Shown here one piece after another: positions 59,891 to 64,000 of a stretch of 64,000 nt of DNA. The notes beneath the pieces were generated by a model that was not told the DNA's origin, made no database searches, and worked only from the letters and a program-made list of their open reading frames with translations. The DNA is taken from the NCBI RefSeq assembly GCF_000143415.4, contig NW_003314279.1, positions 558,130 through 622,129 on the forward strand, given 5' to 3'. This DNA is from Selaginella moellendorffii. Its lineage: Eukaryota > Plantae > Lycopodiophyta. How positions within the stretch are numbered: position 1 is the first letter of the stretch; every line of letters starts with the position of its first letter. The translations under genes and the position numbers were made by a program.

Positions 59891-60566
59891 CTAGCTAGCT
59901 CTCCTTTGTTGCCTCGTTGCTACGTAATCAAGCAGAAAGAGTGGATTCTCCGCGATGTCGTGGAGCGCAGAGCCCCGGAGGTGGTCCAAAAGGGAGACCG
60001 GATCACGGTCATGGCCGCCGTCGCTGTGCTGATCGCCATCCTCCTCGAACATGGAATTCGTGTAAATCCTGCCGGGCATGGGGATATCGTCCTCGAATCT
60101 GCTCGAGGCCGTCGACGCCCTGGTGCATTTGCATCGCATCATCAGGCTCCAGGGGCTCGACCAGGATCTAGTGCTCGACCGCGACGACGATGGTTGTTCC
60201 GCGACGTGGAGCTCGATGGATCGGAAGGAGCTCGTGGCCAGATGGTTGAGCGACATCCCCAGGATCTCGCCCAGCGTCACGGGCTTGTCATCCGGGAAGA
60301 ACTTGGAGGAGCAGCTCGACTGCACGATCGAGATCATGATAACCCATAAACAGTGTCTTGATGCGTACCTCGGTTTCCAAGTTGGAGGTCTCGTCGGAGT
60401 AGCTGGTGGTGGAGATCTTGGCGCCGCCGGCGGTGCCTCTCATTGTGTTGCTGCTTGGATCTCGATCTTCGTCCACCAGTGTGTCGAGCACTCTCTTCCT
60501 CAAGTGCACGGGCTCGAGCCCGAGCGGCCATCCAGACGGCGGTCTCTCTTCCTCGTCGCGATCCAT
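59891..60566 (-). CDS. Uncharacterised At3g17950-like protein, two exons
   Basis: GWPLGL, SNLETE|SSCSSKFFPDDKPVTLGEILGM, resembling the family motif DLDTESTGSFF.D...TLG.L.G (recalled from memory). Confidence 0.72.
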
Positions 60567-61099
60567 TGAGAAGAGAGCGAGCGTGCCTCTAGGAATCAGC
60601 GCGACCTCCAGTAGTCTAGCTATCTATCTAGTATCGAATCTTACCTCTCGCATTCATTACAAGTGGGAGAAAGGTAGGGGCTTTGGAGAGATGCCCTATA
60701 GCCATAGCCAGCCGAGGAGTGCTCCCTCCTCCATCCAAAGTACTTTCTCTCCGAGGAAAGCACTCTCAATTAAGAACGAATGCTCCTGGGCTGCATTGCA
60801 ATGCGACACGAGCGAAGGATCCATTCATTCATGCTCAATCCATCCGGTCGCCCCTCCCCGACGACGAAGCAACGAGTGAGAGCAAGAGAAAGAAAAAGCT
60901 TTTTAAGGGAGTGGCAAGAAGTTCATGAGACCATCGTCGGGTCTGCACGGCCGTTGCCGGGCATTGAATGACAATCAAGGCTCGACACGGACAAACGCAA
61001 CAGCAGCGACTCCGCGAGCAAACGCTCTCCAAAATCTTTGCTTTCGCGATCGGTTCCTCTACCTCCTAGGCCTGGCAGCACGCACAAAAACTTTCAGCT

Positions 61100-63058
61100 C
61101 TACACCCACCGGATTGACACTTCTTTCCCTTTGTTTAATCCACTCGAGTTTGGTGGTGGTGGAGCATCGCCTCCTTCCATCTCCTGCAACGAGAAGAAAA
61201 GAAGATTAAAGGAATGATCAAACACACCAACGTGCCATGATTCCGCCATACCTCATGACTAAGTTGACGAAGAACAACCGAAACGCTCGGCGAGAGGGGT
61301 TTAACTCTCCTGGATCGCCTGGACGACGACGACGACGATTGGTGGTGAACCTGCTGCTGCTCGTCCCGGCAGCCATGAGATATCGATGATGGAGCCAGCA
61401 CGAGCGATGCAATGTCCTGCCTACAAAACGGACATGCTAGTGCTCCCGGCGGTGATGACGACGACGACGAGGAGCCGTGACAGCAGAGCTTGAGAGCACA
61501 GGTTGCACACATCTGGTGGCCACAGTCCTTGACTTGGATGGTGCACAAGTGGTCGAAGCAAATGCAGCACACGTCCTCGTCCTTGATGGAGCTGCTCCCA
61601 CTAGCAGCGAGTTCCTGTCCACAGCAGCAGCGAATTAATCTGTGCTTCTCTTGCCGTGTCACTCGCTCACTCGACGGAGATCATCCACTCAATCGTCCAA
61701 AGGAAAAAGAAAGAGAACAAAGTCTCTCGAGACCACTCGCACTCGTGGGGACAACAGTGAAAAGTTTGTCTTGCCTGGGATAGATCTCGCTCTTGTTGAT
61801 TTTGTTTTCGTGGTCGGTGCTGCTGTCGGTGGTGCCGCCGGTTGGCCTCGCGTAGAGCCGCCTCGAGCAGCTTCTTGGCCTCCGGCTCCAGCTCCTTGAT
61901 GAACTTGAGAGACGATGGCCACACCAGCGGCTCTGCTGCGTTGGGATTGAGCAGAGCCGCGCACGCGAAGTTGTGGTACTCGTTGGCCACTCCGTAAGCA
62001 GTGAACCTGTGAAGCAAACGATGATGAGAAAGAAGAGATCTACGTTTGATGCGATCACCCTTCGTTGTCACGATGCCTTCGGTCTGCTCCCCATGAGAGG
62101 AGCGCTTGCACGCATTCGACCGAGCCTCCACGAGCAGCAGCATGCAGCGGGGACATTCCGCCACCAAGTCTGACCAAGTCGAAAGTTTTCTCTTCTGTAA
62201 GACAGAAAAATGGATGACTTACTCATTGATCTGGCCATAAGGAATCGTTCTCGCGGAGACCAGCGCTCCGTTGCTTAGAAGTTCCTGGACGACGGCGGCA
62301 TGGCCGCTCAAGCTGGCCAGGTGAAGAGCAGTGATCCCGCTCCTGTCTTGCGCATTCAGGAATCTCGCCAGACCCCTGGAGAAAGCATACAAGTTGGCCA
62401 TCGGGGAAACAAAACGTTCAAAGGATTTAGAACGTACCAAGTACTTGAATCGGCTGCTGCCAAGATCTTCTGGACGCACGAAGAGTTTCCTCCCTTGGCA
62501 GCATAGTGTAAGCATGTTCTTCCGCGTGACGAACCAAATACAATTATCTATGGACCAAACGGGCAAGCAAAACTCGTTTAGAAGTCAATCCTGAGTGTAA
62601 GTTCCTTACATTCGCTCCGGCGCGATCGAGAAGCCACTCGGCACAAGCCCATTTCTTCTGCTTGCAAGCAAGCATCAAGGGTGTCTGGAATATGACTTGG
62701 AGCACTTACTTCTCACGCACAGATGATTCACGAGCGTGCTTACCTTGCCATACCGATCCAGAGGTTCTGCATCGGCGCCTCGCTCGAGCAATGCGATCAA
62801 GACCTGATGATCAAAAAGAGAAACCGAGCCATTGAAAAGAGGTTTTTTTTTGGTCCACCATACCTCGAGCTGACCAATGGAGGCCGCCAAGTGCAAGGGC
62901 GTTAGACGGCGCAGGGACCGAGCTTCATTGAGTAGATGTGGATGCTGCTCCGCCACATTCCTCACGCCACCCACATCGCCCTTCCGAATCGCTGCAAACA
63001 AGGCATGGGCTTCGTTGCGTTCTTTGTTTGGAGACAAGCTCCACAAGGCGCAAACCAT
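61100..63058 (-). CDS. Ankyrin-repeat RING E3 ubiquitin ligase (XB3/XBAT31-like)
   Basis: Ankyrin repeats (LTPLHLAAS.G, GITALHLASLSGH); LLNPNAAEPLVWPSSLKFIKELEPEAKKLLEAAL; RING CCICFDHLCTIQVKDCGHQMCATC...CPFCR. Last exon uncertain (stop at 61100 or 61135). Confidence 0.9.
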
Positions 63059-63439
63059 GATCGCCCACAAACATCACAGGGACCAGACAAGCCCTGAGAA
63101 AAGATCCCGCCGTGTGACAATAATGCTGTGGACTTCAATGGGGATCCCAGATGGCTCCCTAGCTGCTCTTTGATTTGTTTATAAAAAATCTGTCCCGGGT
63201 CATCGTTCGACCGAGAAAAAGGCTGCGAGAAGCAACCAAATTATATATAATATGCGATTGATATAAGATTTAGTAACAAGTGGAATGGTGCCTTTTTGCA
63301 CGACACTCTGATTAACAGATGTTTTCCACGAGCAAACGCCAAGTCCACACGGAATGGACATAATCATCCCTCTGCTGCATCAAAGTTAATTATTTTGATG
63401 TCTAGTCCTTTTATTTCTTCCCATAAAAATAAATTCTAT

Positions 63440-64000
63440 CATAGAGTGTAAACATATAAACTTTTTCGTAATGGATTGCACATATATATTTATAAATATA
63501 TATGCAGATATTTTTGGCAGTGAATATACCTAGAATATGCTTGGATATTCTAGGATATTCTACCATCTAACAGTTGTTATTCATTTTGATTAATCTTGTA
63601 TTTATAATTATAAACATGTTTATAGTTTATAAACATACTTAAACACTTTCTAGTATATTCTTTTTTATTCTACCATCTAATATAAGGTTAGTCTTGTGTT
63701 TATAAATTATAAATAAACTTTTATTTGATAAATTGAATTAATAAGTAGGAATAACACTACTTTTAAGCAAACCAAATGTTCTACATGCAACACATAGCAA
63801 ATTATTTTTATTTTTGAGTTCTATGAAAAAATATTATGCACATAATCACCTTTCAATTGCTATAAAAACTATTAAAATGTGATAATATATATATGTATAA
63901 TATTTTTGCATGGGATATACCATGTATAAATTAGGCATGACATTTCAAAATTGCCAACTATGAATTTAATGAGTTTTTATCTCTTTTTTTCATTAAGTGT
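63440..64000. repeat. AT-rich dispersed repeat, related to the sequence flanking the old gypsy element
   Basis: 63517-63620 resembles 4140-4237; ttattctaccatctaa also occurs at ~18902; 63740-63805 is the reverse complement of ~19762-19825. Confidence 0.6.

Overview
Compact eukaryotic land-plant genomic DNA. The 43-70 nt introns, S-motif-rich PLS-PPR genes and chromovirus LTR elements point to the lycophyte Selaginella (inference). Left to right: the 5' part of a PLS-PPR gene; a head-to-head orphan pair (a protein with two alpha-crystallin/HSP20 domains and a 265-aa unknown protein, ATGs only 44 bp apart); a nest of three Ty3/gypsy retrotransposons (4.2-18.9 kb); and decayed copies of the double-ACD gene mixed with fragments of neighbouring genes. 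A dense gene block follows: HIBCH-like, two divergent ZIFL MFS transporters, an RLCK pseudokinase, a PPR-E gene, a COG0212/MTHFSD-like protein with RRM, an RGF/GLV/CLEL-like peptide precursor, a PPR pseudogene, an At2g38695-like gene, DGAT2 and CYP711A/MAX1. Then come a second decayed orphan-pair cassette, CYP707A, an At3g17950-like gene and an XB3/XBAT-like ankyrin-RING E3. Three observations stand out: (1) a 5S rRNA internal-promoter segment inside the LTR of a gag-pol chromovirus copy, replacing a hexamer array found in the sister copy; (2) the repeatedly duplicated head-to-head double-ACD/orphan cassette flanked by gene fragments; (3) a spliced RGF-like sulfopeptide gene with a non-canonical C-terminus. 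Exon structures were derived by hand and no database searches were run.
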